Part shown: positions 38,399 to 57,745 of the stretch, one piece after another
Layout of the letters: the number at the start of each line of letters is the position of its first letter
How positions within the stretch are numbered: position 1 is the stretch's first letter
Origin: the human T2T-CHM13v2.0 reference genome, Homo sapiens
DNA length: 64,000 bases
Assembly: GCF_009914755.1 (NCBI RefSeq)
Contig: NC_060948.1
Reading direction: 5' to 3' (one strand)
Program-made: the position numbers and the translations under genes
The notes under the pieces: generated by a model
What the model was told of the DNA's origin: nothing
The model's database searches: none
The model's input: only the letters and a program-made list of their open reading frames with translations

Positions 38399-40522
38399 AG
38401 ATCCATATTTTTTAAATGAAAAAAAATTTCAAAGGTACTCTGCTTGGTACAATAATCAAATGTATAAACTGAGGAATAAAACATAACCATGAAACCTACT
38501 TATAACTGCATATGGAAAATACAGAGGATAATTTTTTAAATAACATATTTTGAAAGCCTTAACTAGTAATTTGAAGAGTTGGCATTTGAAAGGCCAGTAT
38601 GAATATACCTTCAAAGCAGCAACACAGGTTCCCCATGAGAAACAGCAAACTCAGGGAAAATAAAACCACAAAGGTTCAAGCTCTTCTGACCTTTGAAAGA
38701 CACAGCACAGACAGTGGTCCTTAGGACGAAGAGCAGGAGACCCCTAATTCCGTCACCATGGCGATAGGGCATAAACATTGCTGGGTGAGGGCACAATCCA
38801 CATTGTGAGGTCCAACTGCTGCCAGGAAGACAGGAGTGCTTTTACATAGACCGAAAGGTCATTGAAGGCTCAGAGTTTTGTTTCAAGAACTGAATCCCAA
38901 GCCCACACGTCATTAGGCTGCGCTTCTTAAAACAAGTTATGAGATGGGAAAAAGGGCACCCACAAACATACGTTTACATTATGTATATAATAATATACAG
39001 TATCATATATATAATTTATATAACCTATGTATAATATTGTTTTACATCCTGCATCTTATATTATATATATTGTCTAAAATATAATAATTGATAATATATA
39101 ACTTTTATATTTATACAATATGACATATAGTATATATTATAATTTATGACATATATAATATATGTTATATATCATATATAGAATATATTATACGGTTAAT
39201 ATACGTATTAAATATAAATTATACATTATATATATTATATATAATATTTCTGTTATATATAATACCCATTATGCATAATATGTATATTATGTCTATGTTA
39301 TATATAGTATAAAACAACATATAATAATATATAATTGTATATATAAAATGCGACATATAATATATATTATATTTTATGACATATGTAATATATATTATAT
39401 ATTATATATAATACGTTGTATGTATAATACCTATATTAAATATATATTATATGACTATGTTATTAATTACATGTCACATGTGTTATATATTATATATTTT
39501 ACATAGAATATACCGGTTACATACAATATATACTATGTTAACTATAATGTATAATTGATTACATGTAAAATAAAGAATGCAATATATTATGTATAATTTA
39601 TAATATACAATATGTGGAATGTGATATATATAACATATAATATGTGATATATGATATACAGTATATGATATATAACATACAATATATGATACCTAGTATG
39701 TATGGTATACAATATATATTTTATGATATGTATTCTATATGTTTTATATTCTGTTATATATAACTATTTGAAATTATATATAACTGTATAATATTTTATG
39801 TAAATATGTAATATAATATATATAACTATATAATATATTATATATAACTATATATTATGTTATATATACTTTTATAACATAATTTACATAAAATGTCATA
39901 ATATAATATATATTATATTATTTCACATTACATAATATATATTACATATCACCCAATATAAGTAACATACATAATATTATAATATAGATTATATTATGTT
40001 ATATTAAATATCATATATATCATGTATCATATATTCTATAATATATATTACACATTATATAATATGTATGTTGTCTATTATGTGATATATATAACTATAT
40101 ATAATTATATTATTATACATATAACTAGATAAACATGTAATTCTACATATTTTCATTTATAATATATAGAATTATATAATCATATATAATTATATATATT
40201 CTATAAAAAATTATATCATTATATAAATTATAATATATAAAAATTATAATATGTACTATATATATATATTATATATCATATATGATATAGTACCTTTGTT
40301 ATATATCATAATACATATAAATGTGTATTATGTTATCTATAATTATATAATTTCATATATAAGTTGTATAATATGTATCAAATATTATATATGTTATGTA
40401 ATATATATAGTATATATAAGCTGACACAGGATAAATATTATATTCTATGACATATAAAATATATGAGGTTATATGTTACATATAAGGCATAGCACATAAC
40501 ATGTAATATATATCATATATAA

Positions 40523-40814
40523 TTTTTTTTTAGACAGAGTCTTGTCCTGTTGCACAGGGTGGGGTACAATGGCGACATCTTTGCTCACTGCAACATCTGC
40601 CTCAAGGGTCCAAGCGATTGGCCTCCCTCAGCCTCCCAGGTAGCTGGGACTACACCACACTGGGACTACAGCAGCTGCCACCATGCCTAGCTAATTTTTT
40701 GGATTTTTTGTAGTGACAGCGTTTCACTGTATTGGCCAGGATGGTCTTGATCTCTTCACCTTGTGATCCCCTTGCCTTGGCCTCCAAATTTGCTGGGATT
40801 ACAGGCCTGAGCCA
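40523..40814 (-). mobile_element. DYZ2 Alu copy 14
   Basis: Same antisense Alu motifs. Confidence 0.93.
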
Positions 40815-42935
40815 AGATCCATATTTTTTAAATGAAAAAAAATTTCAAAGGTACTCTGCTTGGTACAATAATCAAATGTATAAACTGAGGAATAAAACAT
40901 AACCATGAAACCTACTTATAACTGCATATGGAAAATACAGAGGATAATTTTTTAAATAACATATTTTGAAAGCCTTAACTAGTAATTTGAAGAGTTGGCA
41001 TTTGTAAGGCCAGTATGAATATACCTTCAAAGCAGCAACACAGGTTCCCCATGAGAAAAAGCAAACACAGGGAAAATAAAAACACAAAGGTTCAATCTCT
41101 TCTGACCTTTGAAAGACACAGCACAGACAGTGGTCCTTAGGACGAAGAGCAGGAGACCCCTAATTCCGTCACCATGGCGATAGGGCATAAACATTGCTGG
41201 GTGAGGGCACAATCCACATTGTGAGGTCCAACTGCTGCCAGGAAGACAGGAGTGCTTTTACATAGACCGAAAGGTCATTGAAGGCTCAGAGTTTTGTTTC
41301 AAGAACTGAATCCCAAGCCCACACGTTATTAGGCTGCGCTTCTTAAAACAAGTTATGAGATGGGAAAAAGGGCACCCACAAACATACGTATACATTATGT
41401 ATATAATAATATACAGTATCATATATATAATATATATAACCTATGTATAATATTGTTTTACATCCTGCATATTATGTTATATATATTGTATAAAATATAA
41501 TAATTGATAATATATAAGTTTTATATTTATACAATATGACATATAGTATATATTATAATTTATGACATATATAATATATGTTATATATCATATATAGAAT
41601 ATATTATACGGTTAATATACGTATTAAATATAAATTATACATTATATATATTATATATAATATATCTGTTATATATAATACCCATTATGCATAATATATA
41701 TATTATGTCTATGTTATATATAGTATAAAACAACATATAATAATATATACTTGTATATATAAAATGCGACATATAATATATATTATATTTTATAACATAT
41801 GTAATATATATTATATATAATACGTTGTATGTATAATACCTATATTAAATATATATTATATGACTATGTTATTAATTACATGTCACATGTGTTATATATT
41901 ATATATTTTACATAGAATATACCGGTTACATACAATATATACTATGTTACCTATAATGTATAATTTATTACATGTAAAAAAAAGAATGCAATATATTATG
42001 TAAAATTAATAATATACCATATGTGGAATGTGATATATATAACATATAATATATGATATATGATATACAGTATATGATATATAACATACAATATATGACT
42101 CCTAATATATATGGTATACAATATATATTTTATGAAATGTATTCTATATGTTTTATATTCTGTTATATATAACTATTTGAAATTATATATAACTGTATAA
42201 TATTTTATGTAAATATGTAATATAATATATATAACTATATAATATATTATATATAACTATATATTATGTTATATATACTTTTATAACATAATTTACATAA
42301 AATATCATAATATAATATATATTATATTATTTCATATTACATAATATATATTACATATCACCCAATATAACTAACATACATAATATTATAATATAGATTA
42401 TATTGTGTTATATTAAATATCATATATATCATGTATCATATATTCTATAATATATATTACACATTATATATTATGTATGTTGTCTATTATGTGATATATA
42501 TAACTATATATATAATTATATTTTTATACATATAACTAGATAAACATGTAATTCTACATATTTTCATTTATAATATGTAGAATTATATAATCATATATAA
42601 TTATTTATATTCTATAAAAAATTTTATCATTATATAAATTATAATATATAAAAGTTATAATATGTACTACAAATATATATATTATATATCATATATGCAA
42701 TAGTACCTTTGTTATATATCATAATACATATAAATGTGTATTATGTTATCTATAATTATATAATTTCATATATAAGTTGTATAATATGTATCATATATTA
42801 TATATGTTACGTAATATATATAGTATATATAAGATGACACAGGATAAATATTATATACTATGACATATAAAATATATCAGGTTATATGTTACATATAAGG
42901 CATAGCACATAACATGTAATATATATCATATATAA

Positions 42936-43227
42936 TTTTTTTTTAGACAGAATCTTGTCCTGTTGCACAGGGTGGGGTACAATGGCGCCATCTTTGCTCA
43001 CTGCAACTTCTGCCTCACGGTTCCAAGCGATTGTCCTCCCTCAGCCTCCCAGGTAGCTGGGACTACACCACACTGGGACTACACCAGCTGCCACCATGCC
43101 TAGCTAATTTTTTGGATTTTTAGTAGTGACAGCGTTTCACTGTATTGGCCAGGATGGTCTTGATCTCTTCACCTTGTGATCCCCTTGCCTTGGCCTCCAA
43201 ATTTGCTGGGATTACAGGCCTGAGCCA
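42936..43227 (-). mobile_element. DYZ2 Alu copy 15
   Basis: Same antisense Alu motifs. Confidence 0.93.
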
Positions 43228-45332
43228 AGATCCATATTTTTTAAATGAAAAAAAATTTCAAAGGTACTCTGCTTGGTACAATAATCAAATGTATAAACTG
43301 AGGAATAAAACATAACCATGAAACCTACTTATAACTGCACATGGAAAATACAGAGGATAATTTTTTAAATAACATATTTTGAAAGCCTTAACTAGTAATT
43401 TGAAGAGCTGGCATTTGAAAGGCCAGTATGAATATACCTTCAAAGCAGCAACACAGGTTCCCCATGAGAAAAAGCAAACACAGGGAAAATAAAAACACAA
43501 AGGTTCAATCTCTTCTGACCTTTGAAAGACACAGCACAGACAGTGGTCCTTAGGACGAAGAGCAGGAGACCCCTAATTCCGTCACCATGGCGATAGGGCA
43601 TAAACATTGCTGGGTGAGGGCACAATCCACATTGTGAGGTCCAACTGCTGCCAGGAAGACAGGAGTGCTTTTACATAGACCGAAAGGTCATTGAAGGCTC
43701 AGAGTTTTGTTTCAAGAACTGAATCCCAAGCCCACACGTTATTAGGCTGCGCTTCTTAAAACAAGTTATGAGATGGGAAAAAGTGCACCCACAAACATAC
43801 GTATACATTATGTATATAATAATATACAGTATCATATATATAATATATATAACCTATGTATAATATTGTTTTACATCCTGCATCTTATGTTATATATATT
43901 GTATAAAATATAATAATTGATAATATATAAGTTTTATAATTATACAATATGACATATAGTATATATTATAATTTATGACATATATAATATATGTTATATG
44001 TCATATATAGAATATATTATACGGTTAACATACGTATTAAATATAAATTATACATTATATATATTATATATAATATATCTGTTATATATAATACCCATTA
44101 TGCATAATATATATATTATGTCTATGTTATATATAGTATAAAACAACATATAATAATATATAATTGTATATATAAAATGCGACATACAATATATATTATA
44201 TTTTATAACATATGAAATATATATTATATATTATATATAATACGTTGTATGTATAATACCTATATTAAATATATATTATATGACTATGTTATTAATTACA
44301 TGTCACATGTGTTATATATTATATATTTTACATAGAATATACCGGTTACATACAATATATACTATGTTACCTATAATGTATAATTTATTACCTGTAAAAT
44401 AAAGAATGCAATATATTATGTAAAATTTATAATATACCATATGTGGAATGTCATATATATAACATATAATATATGATATATGATATACAGTATATGATAT
44501 ATAACATACAATATATGATTCCTAATATATATGGTATAAAATATATATTTTATGATATGTATTATATATGTTTTATATTCTGTTATATATAACTATTTGA
44601 AATTTTATATAACTGTATAATATTTTATGTAAATATGTAATATAATATATATAACTATATAAAATATTATATATAACTATATATTATGTTATATATACTT
44701 TTATAACATAATTTACATAAAATATCATAATATAATATATATTATATTATTTCATATTACATAATATATATTACATATCACCCAATATAACTAACATACA
44801 TAATATTATAATATAGATTATATTGTGTTATATTAAATATCATATATATCATGTATCATATATTCTATAATATATATTACACATTATATAATATGTATGA
44901 TGTCTATTATGTGATATATATAACTATATATATAATTATATTTTTATACATATAACTAGATAAACATGTAATTCTACATATTTTCATTTATAATATGTAG
45001 AATTATATAATCATATATAATTATTTATATTCTATAAAAAATTTTATCATTATATAAATTATAATATATAAAAATTATAATATGTACTACAAATATATAT
45101 ATTATATATCATATATGATATAGTACCTTTGTTATATATCATAATACATATAAATGTGTATTATGTTATCTATAATTATATAATTTCATATATAAGATGT
45201 ATAATATGTATCATATATTATATATGTTATGTAATATATATAGTATATATAAGATGACACAGGATAAATATTATATACTATGACATATAAAATATATGAG
45301 GTTATATGTTACATATAAGGCATAGCACATAA

Positions 45333-45647
<315 letters not shown>

Positions 45648-47775
45648 AGATCCATATTTTTTAAATGAAAAAAAATTTCAAAGGTACTCTGCTTGGTACA
45701 ATAATCAAATGTATAAACTGAGGAATAAAACATAACCATGAAACCTACTTATAACTGCATATGGAAAATACAGAGGATAATTTTTTAAATAACATATTTT
45801 GAAAGCCTTAACTAGTAATTTGAAGAGTTGGCATTTGAAAGGCCAGTATGAATATACCTTCAAAGCAGCAACACAGGTTCCCCATGAGAAAAAGCAAACA
45901 CAGGGAAAATAAAAACACAAAGGTTCAATCTCTTCTGACCTTTGAAAGACACAGCACAGACAGTGGTCCTTAGGACGAAGAGCAGGAGACCCCTAATTCC
46001 GTCACCATGGCGATAGGGCATAAACATTGCTGGGTGAGGGCACAATCCACATTGTGAGGTCCAACTGCTGCCAGGAAGACAGGAGTGCTTTTACATAGAC
46101 CGAAAGGTCATTGAAGGCTCAGAGTTTTGTTTCAAGAACTGAATCCCAAGCCCACACGTTATTAGGCTGCGCTTCTTAAAACAAGTTATGAGATGGGAAA
46201 AAGGGCACCCACAAACATACGTATACATTATGTATATAATAATATACAGTATCATATATATAATATATATAACCTATGTATAATATTGTTTTACATCCAG
46301 CATCTTATGTTATATATATTGTATAAAATATAATAATTGATAATATATAAGTTTTATAATTATACAATATGACATATAGTATATATTATAATTTATGACA
46401 TATATAATATATGTTATATGTCATATATAGAATATATTATACGGTTAATATACGTATTAAATATAAATTATACATTATATATATTATATATAATATATCT
46501 GTTATATATAATACCCATTATGCATAATATATATATTATGTCTATGTTATATATAGTATAAAACAACATATAATAATATATAATTGTATATATAAAATGC
46601 GACATATAATATATATTATATTTTATGACATATGAAATATATATTATATATTATATATAATACGTTGTATGTATAATACCTATATTAAATATATATTATA
46701 TGACTATGTTATTAATTACATGTCACATGTGTTATATATTATATATTTTACATAGAATATACCGGTTACATACAATATATACTATGTTACCTATAATGTA
46801 TTATTTATTACATGTAAAATAAAGAATGCAATATATTATGTATAATTTATAATATACCATATGTGGAATGTCATATATATAACATATAATATATGATATA
46901 TGATATACAGTATATGATATATAACATACAATATATGATTCCTAATACATATGGTATACAATATATATTTTATGATATGTATTCTATATGTTTTATATTC
47001 TGTTATATATAACTATTTGAAATTATATATAACTGTATAATATTTTATGTAAATATGTAATATAATATATATAACTATATAATATATTATATATAACTAT
47101 ATATTATGTTATATATACTTTTATAACATAATTTACATAAAATATCATAATATAATATATATTATATTATTTCATATTACATTATATATATTACATATCA
47201 CCCAATATAACTAACATACATAATATTATAATATAGATTATATTGTGTTATATTAAATATCATATATATCATGTATCATATATTCTATAATATATATTAC
47301 ACATTATATAATATGTATGTTGTCTATTATGTGATATATATAACTCTATATATAATTATATTTTTATACATATAACTAGATAAACATGTAATTCTACATA
47401 TTTTCATTTATAATATGTAGAATTATATAATCATATATAATTATTTATATTCTATAAAAAATTTTATCATTATATAAATTATAATATATAAAAATTATAA
47501 TATGTACTACAAATATATATATTATATATCATATATGATATAGTACCTTTGTTATATATCATAATACATATAAATGTGTATTATGTTATCTATAATTATA
47601 TAATTTCATATATAAGTTGTATAATATGTATCATATATTATATATGTTATGTAATATATATAGTATATATAAGATGACACAGGATAAATATTATATACTA
47701 TGACATATAAAATATATGAGGTTATATGTTACATATAAGGCATAGCACATAACATGTAATATATATCATATATCA

Positions 47776-48067
47776 TTTTTTTTTAGACAGAATCTTGTCC
47801 TGTTGCACAGGGCGGGGTACAATGGCGCCATCTTTGCTCACTGCAACTTCTGCCTCACGGGTCCAAGCGATTGTCCTCCCTCAGCCTCCCAGGTAGCTGG
47901 GACTACACCACACTGGGACTACACCAGCTGCCACCATGCCTAGCTAATTTTTTGGATTTTTAGTAGTGACAGCGTTTCACTGTATTGGCCAGGATGGTCT
48001 TGATCTCTTCACCTTGTGATCCCCTTGCCTTGGCCTCCAAATTTGCTGGGATTACAGGCCTGAGCCA
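47776..48067 (-). mobile_element. DYZ2 Alu copy 17
   Basis: Same antisense Alu motifs. Confidence 0.93.
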
Positions 48068-50195
48068 AGATCCATATTTTTTAAATGAAAAAAAATTTCA
48101 AAGGTACTCTGCTTGGTACAATAATCAAATGTATAAACTGAGGAATAAAACATAACCATGAAACCTACTTATAACTGCATATGGAAAATACAGAGGATAA
48201 TTTTTTAAATAACATATTTTGAAAGCCTTAACTAGTAATTTGAAGAGTTGGCATTTGAAAGGCCAGTATGAATATACCTTCAAAGCAGCAACACAGGTTC
48301 CCCATGAGAAAAAGCAAACACAGGGAAAATAAAAACACAAAGGTTCAATCTCTTCTGACCTTTGAAAGACACAGCACAGACAGTGGTCCTTAGGACGAAG
48401 AGCAGGAGACCCCTAATTCCGTCACCATGGCGATAGGGCATAAACATTGCTGGGTGAGGGCACAATCCACATTGTGAGGTCCAACTGCTGCCAGGAAGAC
48501 AGGAGTGCTTTTACATAGACCGAAAGGTCATTGAAGGCTCAGAGTTTTGTTTCAAGAACTGAATCCCAAGCCCACACGTTATTAGGCTGCGCTTCTTAAA
48601 ACAAGTTATGAGATGGGAAAAAGGGCACCCACAAACATACGTATACATTATGTATATAATAATATACAGTGTCATATATATAATATATATAACCTATGTA
48701 TAATATTGTTTTACATCCTGCAGCTTATGTTATATATATTGTATAAAATATAATAATTGATAATATATAAGTTTTATAATTATACAATATGACATATAGT
48801 ATATATTATAATTTATGACATATATAATATATGTTATATATCATATATAGAATATATTATACGATTAATATACGTATTAAATATAAATTATACATTATAT
48901 ATATTATATATAATATATCTGTTATATATAATACCCATTATGCATAATATATATATTATGTCTATGTTATATATAGTATAAAACAACATATAATAATATA
49001 TAATTGTATATATAAAATGCGACATATAATATATATTATATTTTATAACATATGTAATATATATTATATATTATATATAATACGTTGTATGTATAATACC
49101 TATATTAAATATATATTATATGACTATGTTATTAATTACATGTCACATGTGTTATATATTATATATTTTACATAGAATATACCGGTTACATACAATATAT
49201 ACTATGTTACCTATAATGTATAATTTATTACATGTAAAATAAAAAATGCAATATATTATGTATAATTTATAATATACAATATGTGGAATGTGATATATAT
49301 AACATATAATATATGATATATGATATACAGTATATGATATATAACATACAATATATGATACCTAGTATATATGGTATACAATATATATTTTATGATATGT
49401 ATTCTATATGTTTTATATTCTGTTATATATAACTATTTGAAATTATATATAACTGTATAATATTTTATGTAAATATGTAATATAATATATATAACTATAT
49501 AAAATATTATATATAACTATATATTATGTTATATATACTTTTATAACATAATTTACATAAAATATCATAATATAATATATATTATATTATTTCATATTAC
49601 ATAATATATATTACATATCACCCAATATAACTAACATACATAATATTATAATATAGATTATATTGTGTTATATTAAATATCATATATATCATGTGTCATA
49701 TATTCTATAATATATATTACACATTATATAATATGTATGTTGTCTATTATGTGACATATATAACTCTATATATAATTATATTTTTATACATATAACTAGA
49801 TAAACATGTAATTCTACATATTTTCATTTATAATATGTAGAACTATATAATCATATATAATTATTTATATTCTATAAAAAATTTTATCATTATATAAATT
49901 ATAATATATAAAAATTATAATATGTACTACAAATATATATATTATATATCATATATGATATAGTACCTTTGTTATATATCATAATACATATAAATGTGTA
50001 TTATGTTATCTATAATTATATAATTTCATATATAAGATGTATAATATGTATCATATATTATATATGTTATGTAATATATATAGTATATATAAGATGACAC
50101 AGGATAAATATTATATACTATGACATATAAAATATATGAGGTTATATGTTACATATAAGGCATAGCACATAACATGTAATATATATCATATATCA

Positions 50196-50487
50196 TTTTT
50201 TTTTAGACAGAATCTTGTCCTGTTGCACAGGGCGGGGTACAATGGCGCCATCTTTGCTCACTGCAACTTCTGCCTCACGGGTCCAAGCGATTGTCCTCCC
50301 TCAGCCTCCCAGGTATCTGGGACTACACCACACTGGGACTACACCAGCTGCCACCATGCCTAGCTAATTTTTTGGATTTTTAGTAGTGACAGCGTTTCAC
50401 TGTATTGGCCAGGATGGTCTTGATCTCTTCACCTTGTGATCCCCTTGCCTTGGCCTCCAAATTTGCTGGGATTACAGGCCTGAGCCA
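50196..50487 (-). mobile_element. DYZ2 Alu copy 18
   Basis: Same antisense Alu motifs. Confidence 0.93.
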
Positions 50488-52599
50488 AGATCCATATTTT
50501 TTAAATGAAAAAAAATTTCAAAGGTACTCTGCTTGGTACAATAATCAAATGTATAAACTGAGGAATAAAACATAACCATGAAACCTACTTATAACTGCAT
50601 ATGGAAAATACAGAGGATAATTTTTTAAATAACATATTTTGAAAGCCTTAACTAGTAATTTGAAGAGTTGGCATTTGAAAGGCCAGTATGAATATACCTT
50701 CAAAGCAGCAACACAGGTTCCCCATGAGAAAAAGCAAACACAGGGAAAATAAAAACACAAAGGTTCAATCTCTTCTGACCTTTGAAAGACACAGCACAGA
50801 CAGTGGTCCTTAGGACGAAGAGCAGGAGACCCCTAATTCCGTCACCATGGCGATAGGGCATAAACATTGCTGGGTGAGGGCACAATCCACATTGTGAGGT
50901 CCAACTGCTGCCAGGAAGACAGGAGTGCTTTTACATAGACCGAAAGGTCATTGAAGGCTCAGAGTTTTGTTTCAAGAACTGAATCCCAAGCCCACACGTT
51001 ATTAGGCTGCGCTTCTTAAAACAAGTTATGAGATGGGAAAAAGGGCACCCACAAACATACGTATACATTATGTATATAATAATATACAGTGTCATATATA
51101 TAATATATATAACCTATGTATAATATTGTTTTACATCCTGCAGCTTATGTTATATATATTGTATAAAATATAATAATTGATAATATATAAGTTTTATAAT
51201 TATACAATATGACATATAGTATATATTATAATTTATGACATATATAATATATGTTATATATCATATATTGAATATATTATACGATTAATATACGTATTAA
51301 ATATAAATTATACATTATATATATTATATATAATATATCTGTTATATATAATACCCATTATGCATAATATATATATTATGTCTATGTTATATATAGTATA
51401 AAACAACATATAATAATATATAATTGTATATATAAAATGCGACATATAATATATATTATATTTTATAACATATGTAATATATATTATATATTATATATAA
51501 TACGTTGTATGTATAATACCTATATTAAATATATATTATATGACTATGTTATTAATTACATGTCACATGTGTTATATATTATATATTTTACATAGAATAT
51601 ACCGGTTACATACAATATATACTATGTTACCTATAATGTATAATTTATTACATGTAAAATAAAAAATGCAATATATTATGTATAATTTATAATATACAAT
51701 ATGTGGAATGTGATATATATAACATATAATATATGATATATGATATACAGTATATGATATATAACATACAATATATGATACCTAGTATATATGGTATACA
51801 ATATATATTTTATGATATGTATTCTATATGTTTTATATTCTGTTATATATAACTATTTGAAATTATATATAACTGTATAATATTTTATGTAAATATGTAA
51901 TATAATATATATAACTATATAAAATATTATATATAACTATATATTATGTTATATATACTTTTATAACATAATTTACATAAAATATCATAATATAATATAT
52001 ATTATATTATTTCATATTACATAATATTTATTACATATCACCCAATATAACTAACATACATAATATTATAATTTGGATTATATTCTGTTATATTAAATAT
52101 CATATATATCATGTATCATATATTCTATAATATATATTACACATTATATAATATGTATGTTGTCTATTATGTGATATATATAACTATATATATAATTATA
52201 TTTTTATACATATAACTAGATAAACATGTAATTCTTCATATTTTCATTTATAATATATAGAATTATATAATCATATATAATTATTTATATTCTATAAAAA
52301 ATTATATCATTATATAAATTATAATATAAAAAAATTATAATATGTACTACAAATATATATATTATATATCATATATGATATAGTACCTTTGTTATATATC
52401 ATAATACATATAAATGTGTATTATGTTATCTATAATTATATAATTTCATATATAAGATATATAATATGTATTATATATTGTATATGTTATGTAATATATA
52501 TAGTATATATAAGCTGACACAGGATAAATATTATATACTATGACATATAAAATATATGAGGTTATATGTTACATATAAGGCATAGCACATAACATGTAA

Positions 52600-52906
<307 letters not shown>

Positions 52907-55034
52907 AGATCCATATTTTTTAAATGAAAAAAAATTTCAAAGGTACTCTGCTTGGTACAATAATCAAATGTATAAACTGAGGAATAAAACATAACCATGA
53001 AACCTACTTATAACTGCATATGGAAAATACAGAGGATAATTTTTTAAATAACATATTTTGAAAGCCTTAACTAGTAATTTGAAGAGTTGGCATTTGTAAG
53101 GCCAGTATGAATATACCTTCAAAGCAGCAACACAGGTACCCCATGAGAAAAAGCAAACTCAGGGGAAATAAAACCACAAAGGTTCAATCTCTTCTGACCT
53201 TTGAAAGACACAGCACAGACAGTGGTCCTTAGGACGAAGAGCAGGAGACCCCTAATTCCGTCACCATGGCGATAGGGCATAAACATTGCTGGGTGAGGGC
53301 ACAATCCACATTGTGAGGTCCAACTGCTGCCAGAAAGACAGGAGTGCTTTTACATAGACCGAAAGGTCATTGAAGGCTCAGAGTTTTGTTTCAAGAACTG
53401 AATCCCAAGCCCACAAGTTATTAGGCTGCGCTTCTTAAAACAAGTTATGAGATGGGAAAAAGGGCACCCACAAACATACGTATACATTATGTATATAATA
53501 ATATACAGTATCATATATATAATATATATAACCTATGTATAATATTGTTTTACATCCTGCATCTTATGTTATATATATTGTATAAAATATAATAATTGAT
53601 AATATATAAGTTTTATAATTATACAGTAAGACATATAGTATATATTATAATTTATGACATATGTAATATATGTTATATGTCATATATAGAATATATTATA
53701 CGGTTAATATACGTATTAAATATAAATTATACATTATATATATTATATATAATATATCTGTTATATATAATACCCATTATGCATAATATATATATTATGT
53801 CTATGTTATATATAGTATAAAACAACATATAATAATATATAATTGTATATATAAAATGCGACATATAATATATATTATATTTTATAACATATGAAATATA
53901 TATTATATATTATATATAATACGTTGTATGTATAATACCAATATTAAATATATATTATATGACTATGTTATTAATTACATGTCACATGTGTTATATATTA
54001 TATATTTTACATAGAATATACCGGTTACATACAATATATACTATGTTACCTATAATGTATAATTTATTACATGTAAAATAAAGAATGGAATATATTATGT
54101 ATAATTTATAATATACCATATGTGGAATGTGATATATATAACATATAATATATGATATATGATATACAGTATATGATATATAACATACAATATATGATTC
54201 CTAATATATATGGTATACAATATATATTTTATGATATGTATTCTATATGTTTTATATTCTGTTATATATAACTATTTGAAATTATATATAACTGTATAAT
54301 ATTTTATGTAAATATGTAATATAATATATATAACTATATAAAATATTATATATAACTATATATTATGTTATATATACTTTTATAACATAATTTACATAAA
54401 ATATCATAATATAATATATATTATATTATTTCATATTACATAATATATATTACATATCACCCAATATAACTAACATACATAATATTATAATATAGATTAT
54501 ATTGTGTTATATTAAATATCATATATATCATGTGTCATATATTCTATAATATATATTACACATTATATAATATGTATGTTGTCTATTATGTGACATATAT
54601 AACTCTATATATAATTATATTTTTATACATATAACTAGATAAACATGTAATTCTACATATTTTCATTTATAATATGTAGAACTATATAATCATATATAAT
54701 TATTTATATTCTATAAAAAATTTTATCATTATATAAATTATAATATATAAAAATTATAATATGTACTACAAATATATATATTATATATCATATATGATAT
54801 AGTACCTTTGTTATATATCATAATACATATAAATGTGTATTATGTTATCTATAATTATATAATTTCATATATAAGATGTATAATATGTATCATATATTAT
54901 ATATGTTATGTAATATATATAGTATATATAAGATGACACAGGATAAATATTATATACTATGACATATAAAATATATGAGGTTATATGTTACATATAAGGC
55001 ATAGCACATAACATGTAATATATATCATATATCA

Positions 55035-55326
55035 TTTTTTTTTAGACAGAATCTTGTCCTGTTGCACAGGGCGGGGTACAATGGCGCCATCTTTGCTCAC
55101 TGCAACTTCTGCCTCACGGGTCCAAGCGATTGTCCTCCCTCAGCCTCCCAGGTAGCTGGGACTACACCACACTGGGACTACACCAGCTGCCACCATGCCT
55201 AGCTAATTTTTTGGATTTTTAGTAGTGACAGCGTTTCACTGTATTGGCCAGGATGGTCTTGATCTCTTCACCTTGTGATCCCCTTGCCTTGGCCTCCAAA
55301 TTTGCTGGGATTACAGGCCTGAGCCA
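55035..55326 (-). mobile_element. DYZ2 Alu copy 20
   Basis: Same antisense Alu motifs. Confidence 0.93.
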
Positions 55327-57438
55327 AGATCCATATTTTTTAAATGAAAAAAAATTTCAAAGGTACTCTGCTTGGTACAATAATCAAATGTATAAACTGA
55401 GGAATAAAACATAACCATGAAACCTACTTATAACTGCATATGGAAAATACAGAGGATAATTTTTTAAATAACATATTTTGAAAGCCTTAACTAGTAATTT
55501 GAAGAGTTGGCATTTGAAAGGCCAGTATGAATATACCTTCAAAGCAGCAACACAGGTTCCCCATGAGAAAAAGCAAACACAGGGAAAATAAAAACACAAA
55601 GGTTCAATCTCTTCTGACCTTTGAAAGACACAGCACAGACAGTGGTCCTTAGGACGAAGAGCAGGAGACCCCTAATTCCGTCACCATGGCGATAGGGCAT
55701 AAACATTGCTGGGTGAGGGCACAATCCACATTGTGAGGTCCAACTGCTGCCAGGAAGACAGGAGTGCTTTTACATAGACCGAAAGGTCATTGAAGGCTCA
55801 GAGTTTTGTTTCAAGAACTGAATCCCAAGCCCACACGTTATTAGGCTGCGCTTCTTAAAACAAGTTATGAGATGGGAAAAAGGGCACCCACAAACATACG
55901 TATACATTATGTATATAATAATATACAGTGTCATATATATAATATATATAACCTATGTATAATATTGTTTTACATCCTGCAGCTTATGTTATATATATTG
56001 TATAAAATATAATAATTGATAATATATAAGTTTTATAATTATACAATATGACATATAGTATATATTATAATTTATGACATATATAATATATGTTATATAT
56101 CATATATTGAATATATTATACGATTAATATACGTATTAAATATAAATTATACATTATATATATTATATATAATATATCTGTTATATATAATACCCATTAT
56201 GCATAATATATATATTATGTCTATGTTATATATAGTATAAAACAACATATAATAATATATAATTGTATATATAAAATGCGACATATAATATATATTATAT
56301 TTTATAACATATGTAATATATATTATATATTATATATAATACGTTGTATGTATAATACCTATATTAAATATATATTATATGACTATGTTATTAATTACAT
56401 GTCACATGTGTTATATATTATATATTTTACATAGAATATACCGGTTACATACAATATATACTATGTTACCTATAATGTATAATTTATTACATGTAAAATA
56501 AAAAATGCAATATATTATGTATAATTTATAATATACAATATGTGGAATGTGATATATATAACATATAATATATGATATATGATATACAGTATATGATATA
56601 TAACATACAATATATGATACCTAGTATATATGGTATACAATATATATTTTATGATATGTATTCTATATGTTTTATATTCTGTTATATATAACTATTTGAA
56701 ATTATATATAACTGTATAATATTTTATGTAAATATGTAATATAATATATATAACTATATAAAATATTATATATAACTATATATTATGTTATATATACTTT
56801 TATAACATAATTTACATAAAATATCATAATATAATATATATTATATTATTTCATATTACATAATATTTATTACATATCACCCAATATAACTAACATACAT
56901 AATATTATAATTTGGATTATATTCTGTTATATTAAATATCATATATATCATGTATCATATATTCTATAATATATATTACACATTATATAATATGTATGTT
57001 GTCTATTATGTGATATATATAACTATATATATAATTATATTTTTATACATATAACTAGATAAACATGTAATTCTTCATATTTTCATTTATAATATATAGA
57101 ATTATATAATCATATATAATTATTTATATTCTATAAAAAATTATATCATTATATAAATTATAATATAAAAAAATTATAATATGTACTACAAATATATATA
57201 TTATATATCATATATGATATAGTACCTTTGTTATATATCATAATACATATAAATGTGTATTATGTTATCTATAATTATATAATTTCATATATAAGATATA
57301 TAATATGTATTATATATTGTATATGTTATGTAATATATATAGTATATATAAGCTGACACAGGATAAATATTATATACTATGACATATAAAATATATGAGG
57401 TTATATGTTACATATAAGGCATAGCACATAACATGTAA

Positions 57439-57745
<307 letters not shown>
